A stretch of 64,000 nt of DNA from Lytechinus pictus (lineage: Eukaryota), in assembly GCF_037042905.1 (NCBI RefSeq), contig NC_087245.1, positions 31,188,001 through 31,252,000 on the forward strand, given 5' to 3'. The notes beneath the pieces are model-generated. The model was given only the letters and a program-made list of their open reading frames with translations. It did not search any database and was not told the origin of the DNA. Below are positions 14,183-28,900 of this stretch, one piece after another. The first letter of the stretch is position 1. Each line of letters opens with the position of its first letter. Made by a program: the position numbers and the translations under genes.

Positions 14183-16187
14183 GACGGCATAAGTGTAGTA
14201 CTATAGATTCATATAATTACTTTATGAATATTGAATTTAATACTATATCACTGTCTCATCTAATCGTGATGAGGAATCACAGGCACACATATATTCATGA
14301 CGTAACATTATGACATTATGCAAATTTCCCACTATTATAAACAATGTCCTTATGGACTGGTCAATATTATTCAAACAGATCATTTTTCCGTCAAGAGTTT
14401 CTAATTACAATTATTTCAAAAAATATCTCAATTATTCCAAACACCAATTCAATAACGGTTTCTACATGTACCAACCACCACCATGTTCATCAATCTTAGT
14501 TAAAATTGAAAGCAAACCAAAATATTTGGTTTTGATGAGTTTAAACATAATCATGAATATTTCTTCCTGCTGTGAAACAATGGACCAGACGACACTCTCA
14601 GCTAGATTCAGGTTTTAATACAGTAAGAGGTAAAGAATTGCTCAAGGTTCCAGGCCCAAAATCACCACTTTCACAGGTAACACAACAATTGTTCTGGCAG
14701 TTTGAATATATCAGAGGGCAGAGGGTTTGAGTTAGGATTGTAAGAGACTTTTTGTTTCAGAATAATGTTAAGATAAGGATTCAGGTTTATTTAGTTTTGG
14801 AGGTTAGATATCATGTTTGGGTTTAACATGCAGATTTTCCATCGGAGCAATTGTCGCCAGAGCAAACGTCATGAAACCCTTTCACAAAGATTTTATTTAG
14901 GCATATGTGATTGATCATAGGGCTGATTCTTAAGATTGATTTAATTGATCATTACATGCAATCAATTGTACAAATCAACTTTGCGATCAATCCCTATGCT
15001 TTGTGATACAAGCCTCTGAGGCAAAACATTGCTCAAGTACAGTTGAGGCCAAATATTTACATACACCCATGGAATTCAGTGAAATTTGTTCGCTTGCCAG
15101 AAGTATAAATACTACCATGACAAATTGGAATCGAATGAAAGAGCGTATTAAGCTCTTTTACATGATTGGGATGCGGTTGGGATTAAAGTATATTTCAGGT
15201 GGAAGTTTCTTTGAAGAAAAAAAGTAATATATTTGTGCCAAATGTATTCTATTGTTTTTTATTATATTTTCAAACATCGTTTCATAGAAATGTCAAATCT
15301 ATGATTTATATTACATTTTCTATCATGGTATGTCACCACTGAACAAAAAAGTGTAATCTGAAATGATTGTGTTGAGAAGTAACTAGCACAGATATGAAAT
15401 GTTTTTGTCAAGTTTTTATTTTCAATTTCAATTTAACATACCCGTACCTGTAGGCATCATCAAACAAGATAAAACAAGTTGACAGTTTTCTTGCTTTTTA
15501 TAGAGTAAATTACCTATCTAAAGCATCTTTTTATTTTTATGGTCCATTTTGGACATTTTTGGCATTTTTTTTACTTGAATTTGCAATCCTTAAAACATCT
15601 AATTTACAAAAATAGGAAATAGTCTTCTCATTGACAACTTCCCAACAAACAATTCTGGACGGATATATAGATAAGAAGAAGAATAATACATGTGAGGAGA
15701 AATAAACCTGACTTTTTCATCTTACAGACTAATGAATAAATGCATAACGTCAATGGGATGATAAGCTCAATGTCTCGTAAAAGGTCAAATTTGTATCAGA
15801 GCCGGGAGTCAAGGTTGCCATATCTTTGGTACATACGATGGTAACCTTGTCAACCAACAGGAGCACATCATTGACTCCATTTTGCAAATTGAGACTGGGT
15901 TCTGGTGAGCAAACCAATACTCACTAGAACTTGAGATAAGAATCCTATAAACCCCACTGATGTTATGCAGAAAATCCTTCAGCTTCTTGAAAGACAATAC
16001 ATTGACCAACGGATTGTTGTGTCTTCAGGCATTTCTTTCCACATGAAATACAGCCTTCGGCACACCTTGGCTGTCGATCATCATCGTAAGCTCATTGTCG
16101 CAAAATCATCGCAGCAAACGTACACCACCCTTGAGGACAACTTGAAAAGCTTGGCAATTGAGGGTGGGGCTGTTTCATTACAATTCC

Positions 16188-16421
16188 GCCCCGTCTTACA
16201 AAGTATATGGAAATCCATCAATGTCATAATTTTTTCTTCAGAAAATATGCACAAAGTCCTTTGTAAACAAAGAGAAGCACACTGAATTTTCAAGAAAAAT
16301 ATGAATATACATCACAACTAGGAAATATTCTAAACAATCATGTATTTTAGATGTTGACGTTGCTGGCTTTCCGTAGTTGTGATTGATTGGATCAATCGTA
16401 ACTCTTTGTAAGACGGGGTCC
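16188..16421. mobile_element. MITE family A, inverted copy with a deletion near the left TIR
   Basis: GCCCCGTCTTACAAAG ... GGATCAATCGTAACTCTTTGTAAGACGGGG; the interior is the reverse complement of the other copies. Confidence 0.75.
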
Positions 16422-16987
16422 TGATCATACAGAATAATCTATGCATTCAATCATAGAAACCAGCTTCGAGATCAATCACTAGGCCTATTAGTGACGGTTC
16501 CTGACATCATCAGAAGATATGTCCTCAATACCGTTGTGAGTACTATTTTCAGAGAGATGTCACAAATTGCCCACCAAGTTTTTTCACATTACAAGGATGG
16601 AATAGTACAGGAAACAAGGGCGAGCTTTCGGCAAAGGTGTATTTGAGATAGCCTTATGCAGGAGGAACCCAACTACAATATGGCTTTATCGGGACTGCTA
16701 TTTGGCATCCATCAGCATCCTTTGAAAAAAAAAGTTATCCAAAGATCTAAGCTCACCTCTAGGAATGATGCCATTACATAATAAAGGATATCTTTAAATC
16801 TGGGTCTCCATTTTGACAAGAGCCAAATTTTCGGCAATGAAAGCCAGAAATTCACAGTATCTCCTTTATATTACTCTCCAAATCACCCTTTCAGCTAACC
16901 TGGACGGTTTAAAAGTTCCAAAGCACAGTTAATAATACTGACCCGAATATTAAAAAAAGGTTAAAGGTTGGAGGGCAATTGATTAAC

Positions 16988-19900
16988 CTACGACCCATGA
17001 TTATTTTCAGAGAGTGTTGCAAGTGATTTATCGTCCCCCTGGTCATCATCCTTGTCGATGGCATCGACCAGGGCTTGCTTACTGAGCTTACGATGATGCT
17101 TCTTCTTCTTCTTATCTTTCTTCCTATCCTTGTCATCCGAATCACTGCCATCGAGGGACATTGTCCTCGGCGTGCTTGATGTCACGAGTGGGGGCAACTC
17201 GATAGCATGCCTTGACCCTCTTTGCTGGAGGAGGTAATTGGAGTTGTTCGATGAGAAGTTGTCTAGCTGTTTAGCGGGCTTGACCTCGATGGGGGTCGTG
17301 GTACCATTGGTGCTGGACTGGACTTCTGGTTGGACTTGGACTGGGGTATGGGCTCGAGCTTCTCGTCCTTCTTTGAGCTTCTTTTGTCGTCTGAATCTCT
17401 TGGTGGTGGTTGCAGTTGTGTTGGTGTCGGCTGAGGGGGTTCAAAGGAATGGATAATGAAAAGAAAAAAAAAAAGCCTGATAATTCATTTTGTCTACATT
17501 AATTAGGCCTACCATCAATTCTCTGTGTAAGGAGTTTTTTAGTGGTATCTTGCAAGAATATTATTAATGCAACTGACAGTGCAGAACTCCAGCTCATTAT
17601 ATTTCATATATCTTAAAAAATGACAATTAAAGCAAAACAAAGTCAAATTAAGATTCTTGTGAATTATTGAGAATTGTCAATCTTGATACAAAAAACAAAT
17701 TGAATTAAAGGTTAAATATGCATGAAATTAAATACTGCATGTCATACATGTAATATGAGGATATATCGGTAACAATCATATGATGCAAGTGACATGAATG
17801 TTGACATATAGTAAATGAAATGGATAAAGATGTTAGAATGTTAGGATGTACAGTAATAATGCAGTCTAACCGGTGAAACCCCCGATACCAGACCAACAAA
17901 GATATTATTAGGCCCATAACACAAAGGCGGGTTAGCAATGATCGTAGAACCATTTTTTTTTTTACAATTGATTGCATTGACTACAATGTACAATCAATTG
18001 TAGAAATCAAACGTATGATTAATTGCTAACCTTGTGTTACGGGACCCTCTTAATAAGATCATTGACATACCATTGGTCGGTTGGGAGTCGGTTTTCGAGT
18101 GTTAGGAAGTAGGGCAGGTTACATTGTTAAGAACTTGGAATAAGTGATATAAGAAATGGAAAATACATTTAAATCGTTTTTTTATGTGATTTTTTCAACA
18201 ATATTATGTCATGCACTTTCCCGTTGAAGGCATTCAACATTATCAAGAGCAGAAAACTTCACTCATGTAGGGCTGTGTCATAAAATCCAGTTATTAATGA
18301 CAATTTCCAAGCTAGCATTAAAAGCAACTGAAATGGTGGCGTATGACTGGCAAAAAGCAACTTTGTCATTGTATTCCATCTAGCATTTATAATTAATTTT
18401 AGACAAATTTTTTAATTCAGCACTGAGGGGACCATTTCATGAAAGTTGTCAGCACTGACAAGTTGTCTTTCTCCGACAGTTACCATAGTAACAGTCAGAG
18501 CCAGTGCCTTTCAGCCAATCAAAACCAAGGATTTCACTGAAATTGTCAGCACTGACAATTTAGTCAGTGCTGACAACTTTCATGAAACACCCACCTGGGC
18601 TTACATGTATTTAATGTCATAAAGAGAGATAAAACTGTCCAATATTTTTGAAAATTACTTATTAAATTATATAATTCAAATGGAAAGTGTACAGTATTTT
18701 TAGTTCTCTGATAACCAGCAATACAGCTTACACACATGTCAACAAAGATATGATATGAAATAGTAGCTGGTATTAGAGGCTGATTCCAGAAAGTAGAGAG
18801 ATGATGAAGGGAAAAGCAGCATGAAGGGACAAAAGCAGAATGTAGAAAAAAAGGATAAAGATTAAAAAGAAGGAAAGTTCTATCCTGCCAATTTTATAAA
18901 AGTAAAGCTTTGCTTCATTTACCCTTTAATCATACATGACTTCTAAATGAAAATGAGAATCTAAAATATTTTAAATAATCATCTATTGCAAAATGGTCAA
19001 TTGCCAAAATGATAATCAAAGACCTATCCCATTTCATATTTTATTATGGAAATTATAGATCTGGGGCCCATTTCATAAAGAATTACAACTGTTGTAACTT
19101 TGCCATTATTGCAACTACCATGGCAACAGGGCTCAGCAGCCAATCAACATCAAGGTTTCCATGGTAGTTGCCATAATGGCAAAGTTACAACAGTTGCAAC
19201 TATTTATGAAACTGGCCCCTGGGTGGCATTTCACAAAGAGTTGAGAGTGACATGCTTAAACCCCAATGCGCACATGTACATGTAATTTAACGCATAATAG
19301 ATTGATCACTCCGCGGTAGAGTGCATCCCAGTCTTGCGCATGATCTGGGCAATATACAGCATGCAACTGAAATTTTAGTGAAATCTTTGTGAAACCCCCC
19401 TGCATTCCTACATGTAGCATTTACAGCACTGTGCAAAACGTAGCACGGTTTATTTTCAATATCTCTAATGTGAAAATGATATTTCATAGGTCAAAAAAAG
19501 ATTGAATCATGGAGGACATATTCCCTCAAACGAAGATTTATATGGCCCTGCCAATTAAGGGAGGCTGTTGAATAGATGGAATCCCATCAAAAACTATTCC
19601 AAGAGAAAGAAAATAAGGCATGTGAATACAAGATTTTGTTTGCAGATTGGTGGGCATAAGGTCTCTGCCTGACCGCAGACAAAAAATAAGAAATATTCTA
19701 CAGAAATAGAGGGCTGTTTGAACTCTAGCTCCTTGGTACAGCAAATGAAAGACATTGGTACACATTAACAATGGTCTTGTTTTTAATAACAAAAATTATA
19801 ACATTACAAAGTATATTAGTGTAACTATGCTCAATCATGTTTGTAGACATCTCCATGTGCTTTCAAAAGATTTTGGCTAGTATTACTAATGAGCCTGCAG

Positions 19901-22900
19901 AGATTTAGCACATCTGATAATCTTATCATTCCTGCATTTCAAATAAGGTATTCCCACCAGAAATGTAAAGGTAAAAGACAGTACAATGAAATAACCCTCC
20001 TTTATTGGTTCTATTGTGATTGCTGAGTTACATTTATTGGTAGCAGAATTTCATACAATTATTACAGAAACTACATTTTGAATGCTTGCATTTTTGCTAA
20101 AAAAAGAATAGTAGAGCAAAGCTGTGTATATGAATATAGTAACGTTCCAATTAAGTCCATCTCTTTTTTTTTCTTTTGTCCAAGTCCATGTTTTAGCTAC
20201 AATAAATCAAATATGAGACACTGTTGTTTAAACATTTACCAATCTTGTGTGTAGTTTATATCCTGAAATTCAACATTGAAATGCCCGAAAAAATCTGATT
20301 GAATTCCTCATTGGAATAACCAAAAATTGTTTTATTCCTTTTTCTTTAATTTACTTGAACTGAAATATAGACTTGAGTCATTCAATATTCATATTCTCAA
20401 TTGATAATGTTAGAACTGCTGCACTGTACATGTATGTGCTATAATGGGGTTCTAACATATGTTGTAATTTCAGTGCAAAGTCAAGAAGGGGGGGGGGGGC
20501 AGTGGATAGTAGGAAGGGGAACATAGTATATCAATGTATGAGACCCCTCTGAAATTATCTATATCTTTTTTTGGAGGAAAATTATGTGAGATTCCGCCAT
20601 CAGCCATGGTTGTGATTATTGTACATGAAACAAAACTTTAACCCATCGCCTATTTTAACGGGTGATCCCCGTTCACAGCCTTTGGGAATCATCGAATTCA
20701 GTGGTAAATGGGTTAACGTCTTGCAAAAAAGGTTAGTAGTTTTTCATATAATAGTAGGTTTATAATTGGTATCCCCATGTCATATAAAATGGAGTTTCTA
20801 TGGTATTGCCGATTAAACTATATTATGTACACATGAAATAGAAAGTTGGGACATGGGCTTTGTTACTGTTATGTCTGACAGCTACATGTACATGTAGATA
20901 GATCCTTGTCATTTGATTGGTTGTTTGATGTCGATCATTCAGCCCATTTTACAATAACGTCATTATACGTGCAATTTTTGATCCATACGATTTTGTCCAT
21001 TGCACGCTTGCCGAGACAACCTGCACCGGCGCTCAACGGAAAAACACTTGTGTTTGCAGTGCACATGTTGTAAATGCGACAATCAACAGACAGCATTCAC
21101 ACTGCATGCACTTTTGCATTGAAATTTATAAGTTTCAAATGACAAGGATTTTTTTTTTCAGGTGTCAAATAAAACAAATAATGAATGTTCTGTTCATTCG
21201 TGCAATGGACAGAACACTTAATTCTGTGAAAGACGAAATGAATGATCCATTCAACGAGGCGTAGCCAAGTTGAATGGATCTTTCACCTCATGAAGTAATC
21301 TGTCCATTGCACTCAGAATCATTTATTATTTGTAAGGAGTAATAGAAAGATTGAAACAGAACAAAAATTTAATTCAGATCAGTACAACAGAAATTATTTT
21401 CTCTACAGATTGTGGGGCTGCATGGCCAAGGTTTCTTAAATTATTTTTATAGCAATTTGTTGGAGAAAGGGGGGTGACATCAGTTTATATTTGCTTTAGT
21501 GATTTTTTTTTTAATTACAGCCAAAGTTTGATGAATGCTGAATGCTCTATAATCTAAATGCAATTTATGTGTGCCAATTAGAATGCATTTATTACTACAC
21601 CAAACCACCCACATATATGATGCATATTACTGTGAATATAAGTAAGAACTGGTCACTTTGAAATAGTAATAATGATGACAATTATTTTTCTGATATCATT
21701 TATCTAACCTTTTTCATGACTCTTTAAATTTAAGAACCTCAAGGAAAAAATAATAATCACCATTACACTATTGGTGACCGGCCCTTAAATTAAATGTACA
21801 TGTACCCAACTATACTGTACTAATGATATACTGCATGTCAATAAGTGCATTTCAGAGAAGAAAATATACCCATCTGTGGCAGATTTTTATTCAAATATAA
21901 CTCGAATCGAAATGACATTTTCTTTTGAATACAATCAAACAATTGCAGACACACTTTTATTTTCAATATGACTCATGTCTGACCTATGTAACATAGATCT
22001 CTTTATTTTGGGGGTGGAAACAAATGAATTATGAATATAGATAGATTTACTTCCAGGGGTATTAAAAAATGAAATCTATAGGAGTACTTTATATTCATTA
22101 TTTCAACGATGATAGATTAATATGTTTTTTTTTAAATCTTGTCAAAAATACTTCTACCAAGCTTCAGCTATAAATGTAATACATGCTAAATATTCTGTTG
22201 TGTATTTCATGTGTAATCTGCTATGATGGAATGCAAATTCCAGTAATTTGCAATACTAATCTGCAATTGAAGAATACCTAAGATGCTTGTTAACTACTTT
22301 CATCCTGCTATGTCACTTCACCTACATGTAGGAATGTACATCTATCCTGTAGTTAGTTATATCATACTTATATCTTTGAGTACATCCTATAAGTGTTTAT
22401 CGCTTTATGCTACGCATCTTCTTGGCCTACTGAAAGTGATTAAAATTTGTACTCTAAATAAACTTTACATCACATACATGTAACAACCTTAGATTTAATA
22501 ATTTAAAATAACTTTATGCCTCAAGATATCTCTCGATCACGTCCTACTTTTTGTTTGAAAAGAAAATGTATTAAACTCAAGACGTATTTATTTTCTTGTC
22601 TGGTAATAATATTGGACAATTGTAAGCATAGCGCATGCTGCATGGAGCAGTTTCAATTGATTATGCGATATGTAAATGTCAGCATCTTTTTATTTATTTT
22701 TTCATTAGACCTTCCTCAAGTTTTCATCTTCAGAATTTACACATCTGCCTGAAGCTGGGTATATATTTTTTTTCCTTCAAAGATATGCACTGTCGACATG
22801 TAAGTAAATTTGTGTATTATCCCAAATAGATGTTATACAGTACATGTAGAATATAAAACTTTTGACTTGCATGAGGATCAACTGACCTGGTCATAAAATC

Positions 22901-25900
22901 CTATATTAAGATGTCAACGCAACATTGACACCTGTAACATCTTCACCTGACAAGGAACACAAAAACAAAATCTCACACATGAAACTGTTCTATTGAGATA
23001 AAACCATAAGCAAAGAAATTGATATAGCAAACAAACAACAACAACAAAATAAAGAAAATAACATATTGAGAAAATAACTTTACAACTGATGGAATGGTCA
23101 AAATGAAACTGCAGTTTCACCAAATATGGACCAAAATGTCATAAAATTATAAACACTACAATTTGGAAGTTAAATTCAAGAAAATAAAGAATTACATGTA
23201 CAGGTAATAATCAGAAATACCAAATTATAAAGGAAATTTACTTTCAAAACTTTTTATAACTCTTTCTTTCATTCTAATTTGAAACCAAGGCTTTCCCAGA
23301 TATACACCAAAAGGAGAGTAGAGCAAGTGACGAAAAAAAAAAAATGAAAATGAAAAATATATATTAAACATTTTAAACTATCTTTCAATACAATACCGGT
23401 ATAAATGTAATTGTTCAAGCATGTGACATTTTTTTTAAATATTACTATGGGAAGCAAAGTCTTACTCCTTGAAAAGATAAATGTGGGTTTTGGGGTTCTA
23501 TGCTGAGAAAAAAAGGCTAACAAGCTAGACAAAATGTGTAAATGAATCATGTACAGTTGTTAAAATAATGAAAATGTGACACCATATTGCTGAAAATAAT
23601 ACAGTGAAAAGGCACTGCAGAAACTTAATAGGTGAGAGAGGGGCTATGTGTACACCACAAGCCAAGTGCTGTCAGAATTCATGGTAGAGTTAGTGTATTT
23701 TAGACCATGGAGATTTGTCATGAAAAAAAAAAAATTATTATGAAGTTGTTTGACAAATTTCAACGAAACTGACAATTGAATTCATTCATTGCCAATTCAT
23801 AATTTGTTGTGTAGAAATGCCACTTTTTCATAAGATATCCCCCCCCCCCCGGGAACTGCTTTAAAAATGGTGTAGAACTTTGAAGAATAAAATTTTGAAA
23901 TGGGAACAAACATGATTTTGCTTTCAAATGATTCACCTTCACAAAAATGCTCCTCTCTAAGATAGGTGTTATTCTAATTCTCTCCAGATTACTGTTTTCT
24001 CTTTCTTTTAAACTGAAAAATATTCTACGCTGTTGATAATAAATATTAATTTGTTAGTAAGAAAATGTACACTAAAAATGTAATGAGGTCTGCTTTTCCT
24101 TTAAAATATACATAGAAAATAAATTCCAATATCTGCACCCCATGTCAGCAACATTATTGACCTTCTCGGGGAGAATAAAAGAACCTAATTTCCAAGAAGG
24201 AAATGTATGAATGAATGCATGCACTGAAGCTAAAATCTTACAAAAAGTATAAATATAATACCTAAAAAAAAACAAGAAACATCAGCATGCATCTAAATAC
24301 ATAATTTGAGAAAATAAGTGGAAAATATGTACATTCAAAAAAACATATTCTAATGCAAATTAACAGGTCCTCCATCTCATACATGGAACACTCATTTCAT
24401 GATAACTTGATTAACCTTCCACAAAAATAAACCTCCAGCAACCACCTATGGTGGGCGGAGACGCGGAGTCATAAAAATGAAACCATGTATGCATGTACAC
24501 TGCTGAACCTCTATACTCCAATCGCCAATAATAGAGCATAAATTTCCCTCATTTCTTGATGTATAATATAGCTTTAATATAATGGCAACCTTCCTTCCCT
24601 TTTTCATTAAGCCAACATAGGTCTTAGACAATAATATAAATAAATGTATTATAAAACATTGGGTGATTTCAAGTTCAGTGTTGACCTTTAGGTGTTCGGT
24701 CAATTTTTACAGGATTATAACACCAAACATAAAATGAAGATGGTCCCGAAAAGTCACTCACTGGTTGTTGAGATGTCAATATTGTGATCTGGATCAGTTT
24801 TACAAACTCTGAATAAGTTTTGGAGCAACAATCCAAATTTCAACACTAACACCAAGGCCAACACCGTACTTGAAATCACCCAATGTATTAGGATACCAAC
24901 AATTAAAACCAAATGCATGCAAAGTCTAGAGTAATTGTTGCAAGAGAGAATGATGTCATCGCACCCATTATGAAACCTCTTGAATTTTTATCTCTGTACA
25001 TGACTACATGCTACAATAATTTCATTCATCCTGACCAGGTTCAACATACAGTACAGTATTAATAACAGAAAAGGGGTACACAATCACCAAAAAAAATCAT
25101 AGAGCGAGCTGCAAACAAATTTATACTAAATCAACTTATCCATAATAGGATGTAATTACTTCATCTAAAGCTTAGTTTTTGATAGTTGGACTGAGTTCTA
25201 TGAATGATTGCATTGAGTATTGTGTATGATCAATCTTAGAAACCAATTTTTTTCCTATGGGGGTCCTGCCCCTGGGGGGGAGGGGGGCACTTCCATTGAC
25301 GAGTGGATACCATGCACGACCATGGGGTCTTAAAAAGCACCCTGAACAAGTATTTTCCATATTCTGAAAATGCACCCCTTAACAAGTATTGGCGTGTGAA
25401 ACCCTACCCTTAAAAAGTATTGGAAACAAAACGATAACCTTGGCAAGTATTCCCTGAAATGACATAAACAAGTCGGCGATATTTTAATTGTTATATGTCA
25501 CAGACGTCGGTTTTACATTTACCTACATTATTGGGTTTTGTACGGCCCCACCTCCCACACCTCATGCAGGTCGGACTCTAAGCCCGTATAGTGTTGACTG
25601 TTAAGGCAAAAAGTACATCCTTTATTTTTTAGTCTTTTTACCCTCACAAATTTGACCCTAAACACGTAGCTTCCAGCGAAATAGATACCTTTTTTCATTA
25701 TTTTAGTGTTTTTTACACCCTTATTACGTATTACCTACGTAACGTGCCCTATCTTGAAAAGAAATCCTTTTTACGTGTTTTTTTGGTCGCGCATGGTATC
25801 CACTCGTCAATGTAAGTGCCCCCCCCCCCCGGGGGTCCTGTTAAATACTGTACATATACATCACATTTCAGTATCTTTTGTGTTTATCTGACTCTTCAAG

Positions 25901-28900
25901 AGACATTTCTAGTGTTCACTCACAATTATTATCCACTCCTGAAATTGATAGTGGGTTGACCCCCCCCCCCCAAGAAAAAGAATAAATAGCATACAAATAT
26001 TGTAGCATTAAAAAAATCAAAGATGCTCATGAACGATAATACTCCCAACATACTAACTAATCAATGCACAAGCCAAAATAAATTATAGCATGCTAAAGCT
26101 TGTTTTAACGCATAACCTGAACCAAAGATTGAAAGAAATGTTAGTATGTACAGCAAATGCATTTTTTGAAACGAGTGATATTTTTTTCGTAAAAACAGGA
26201 ATACAACAAGCAAGGAAATCATAAACACGAATGAAACAGAAACAAGCAAGAGGTCCTGGCATCAAGCAAAAGGAAGAACAGAAATTATTTTTAGAAAAAC
26301 AAAAACACAAGGTGCGACGAATCTCTATACCTTTGTATGTGAGAACGGTGTCGAAGTATTGCCTATTTTATGCCTTCACCTCTGCCGATTTGTTACAAGT
26401 GAAATAAAGAAGTGAGGTGAAAGTGAAAAAAAGAAAGAAAACAATTAGTACAACCACTCGGGGAGTGAATGATAAGAATTTAAGAAAATGGGGAGGGGAT
26501 ATTAGAATATTTTAAGGTCAAAGACATATAAATGTAGGACTTTGGACTGAGAACAATGGAGCGTTATCTCTACATAATGATACAGATATGTTCCTGTGTA
26601 AAGGATTAATACAGGAGGATTATTCCCAATTGTCCCCTGAATAATCAATTGAATACAACATTCCATTTATCAATTAACTTAATTACATGGAGTCATTTGT
26701 AACATCTACTTTTAGAGCTTAGAGCTACATGTAATTGAATGAGATTGAGCCCTTGGAACAAATGAGTTTATATGAAAACAGAAAAATGAAAGAAAAAACA
26801 ATTGTTTGAGAACAATTGAATAAACAATGAGAATTAAAGTTAACATGTCAAGGTCAGTATTAATGCTATGGAGATCCTCCCACTCGCTACTCGACCAATA
26901 TTTGTGATGTCGCACATGAACAACTCTCCCCTTTGGACACTGAAAATTTCCCCAAAACATATATATTTTTGCTCATTCTGATATGATACTACAACTCTTT
27001 ATCCATTATGAAACTTTTATTACGTCCTCCAAAGAAAAGAACATCCGATCTCCTGACTTGATACAAAGTGAGAGTTGACGTAAAGTATTACAGAAGTAAA
27101 GGGGGAGTTGCACAGGTGTCACATCACACATCATATTGCCAAAAGGAGGATGTCCATAACAATAGAGATCTCTACATTCAATTGCTAATTACTTGTCCAA
27201 TACTGTTCTCACTCAAATGTTCACTGATCTTATCTTTTAATATTCTTTTATAAAAAAAAGGCAAACTTGGTCCAATTGCTTTATTTTCCTTTTATAGACA
27301 CTATTAACATTTACTTTAGAGATTAGAGCTCATTAAATTTCAAAATAAAAATGGCAGAGCATATTAACTGAAATCCAACCTCAATAATGAAAAAAAAGAT
27401 GTTTGTAATACTGGTGAAATTTTAATGAAACCAGACAAAAATGGGAAAATTATTTCATGATTTTTTTCTGAATGATATAAACAAGTATAACATAGTCAGA
27501 TTTGCTTCTTGTAAATAGGCAATGATGCAACAACAAAAAAACCACCATCTGTTGCAAACATGATTAAATTTGCAAAGCATTTGAAACAGTGGAACTTGGC
27601 TAATTGATACCTTTTAAAAGGAAAGTTCAACAATAGTCCTCTACCTTTAGTGAAAAGTGCTACATTGTACTTTTTCATAAAACTTTTTTCAATAACTAAT
27701 GCTGAAATACATATTAACAAATTGACTCTTAGCCAATCAAACATCATGATGTCAGTACAGTATACATTCTATCACTATGTTGTCATTGATACATATGTTT
27801 TACAAACTAAGGAGTGCCCCAGGGACAGCTATACTTGGGAGATTAACAAAAACGGTAACTATGCAAAAACAAACAAGTGTCATATATATTCTCACTAGTT
27901 GCAGTTCACTGGAAAGAAATGCCTATTTGAAATTTTCAGTGCAGTGGGGATCCCATCTTGCAAAGCATTCATGATTTCCACAAGGCTCTTCTTATTCTGC
28001 CTTTTAAATGAACTTTGAAGAGCAATACATAAAAGTGGCAATAAGCGTATACGTTTACATCATAAAATGATCATATACCGTCTATGTATCTAGGTGCACA
28101 AATTGAGGGCTTCACTATCATTAGGTAAAACAGAGAAAAAATGACATGGGTGCTCGGGTGACTTTCCACCTGAAATTGTAAAAAAGAGACTTGTAAATAA
28201 AAAAGAGCCTGGAAATTCCCCATTCACTACAATGTTAAAGCTTATCCATTCTTGCAGATTTATGAGGTAGGTTGTCAAAAGTAGGGCTCCCAGAAAAAAA
28301 AAGATTGCCTGCAGAAAAACCCCCAAAAATCATAGTATTGAAAACTGTATATTCTCTCGCAAGCGTAAATACACTTATCTGCATAATTATGAAATTTCAA
28401 CACATATATCTGCATAATTATGAAATTTCAGCAACATGCACAAATGCTTTCGGAATGCACATTTCTGACTAAATACACGTGTATATATTGAAGCATTCTT
28501 GAATTTTCTTTTGTAATTATACTCAGGATAATTTAATTTTGTCTATGAATATCAGACAACTAGTTTGAATGAAGATGCTAGGTTTCTGATTTAAAGCTTT
28601 TTGGTGAATGCGAATGTGTATGAAAATTACAGAGAAATTAGTAAAATCATGACCACACAGGCCCTTCAACCCACTTACAATGCTTGAATTATGGCACCTC
28701 ACAGCCAACATACATGTGTATTTAACCCCAATGCTTTCCCCACTCTCATGTAATCATCATATCATGCAGTCCTATTTTACTATTAATCTCTATTAGGACA
28801 GATACATGTAATGCAGGGCTCCACACTAACCCTTTTTTCTATTGGTCCAACCTGTTCATGTCAGATCAGTAGATTCCCAGTTTTCCCATTTTTTACTTGT

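Noticed and set aside
15965..16293. 106-aa and 70-aa ORFs, and similar ORFs at 7058, 30522, 41397, 50057 and 55984
   Set aside because: They overlap MITE family A copies; the recurring peptide similarity reflects the repeat, not a protein family.
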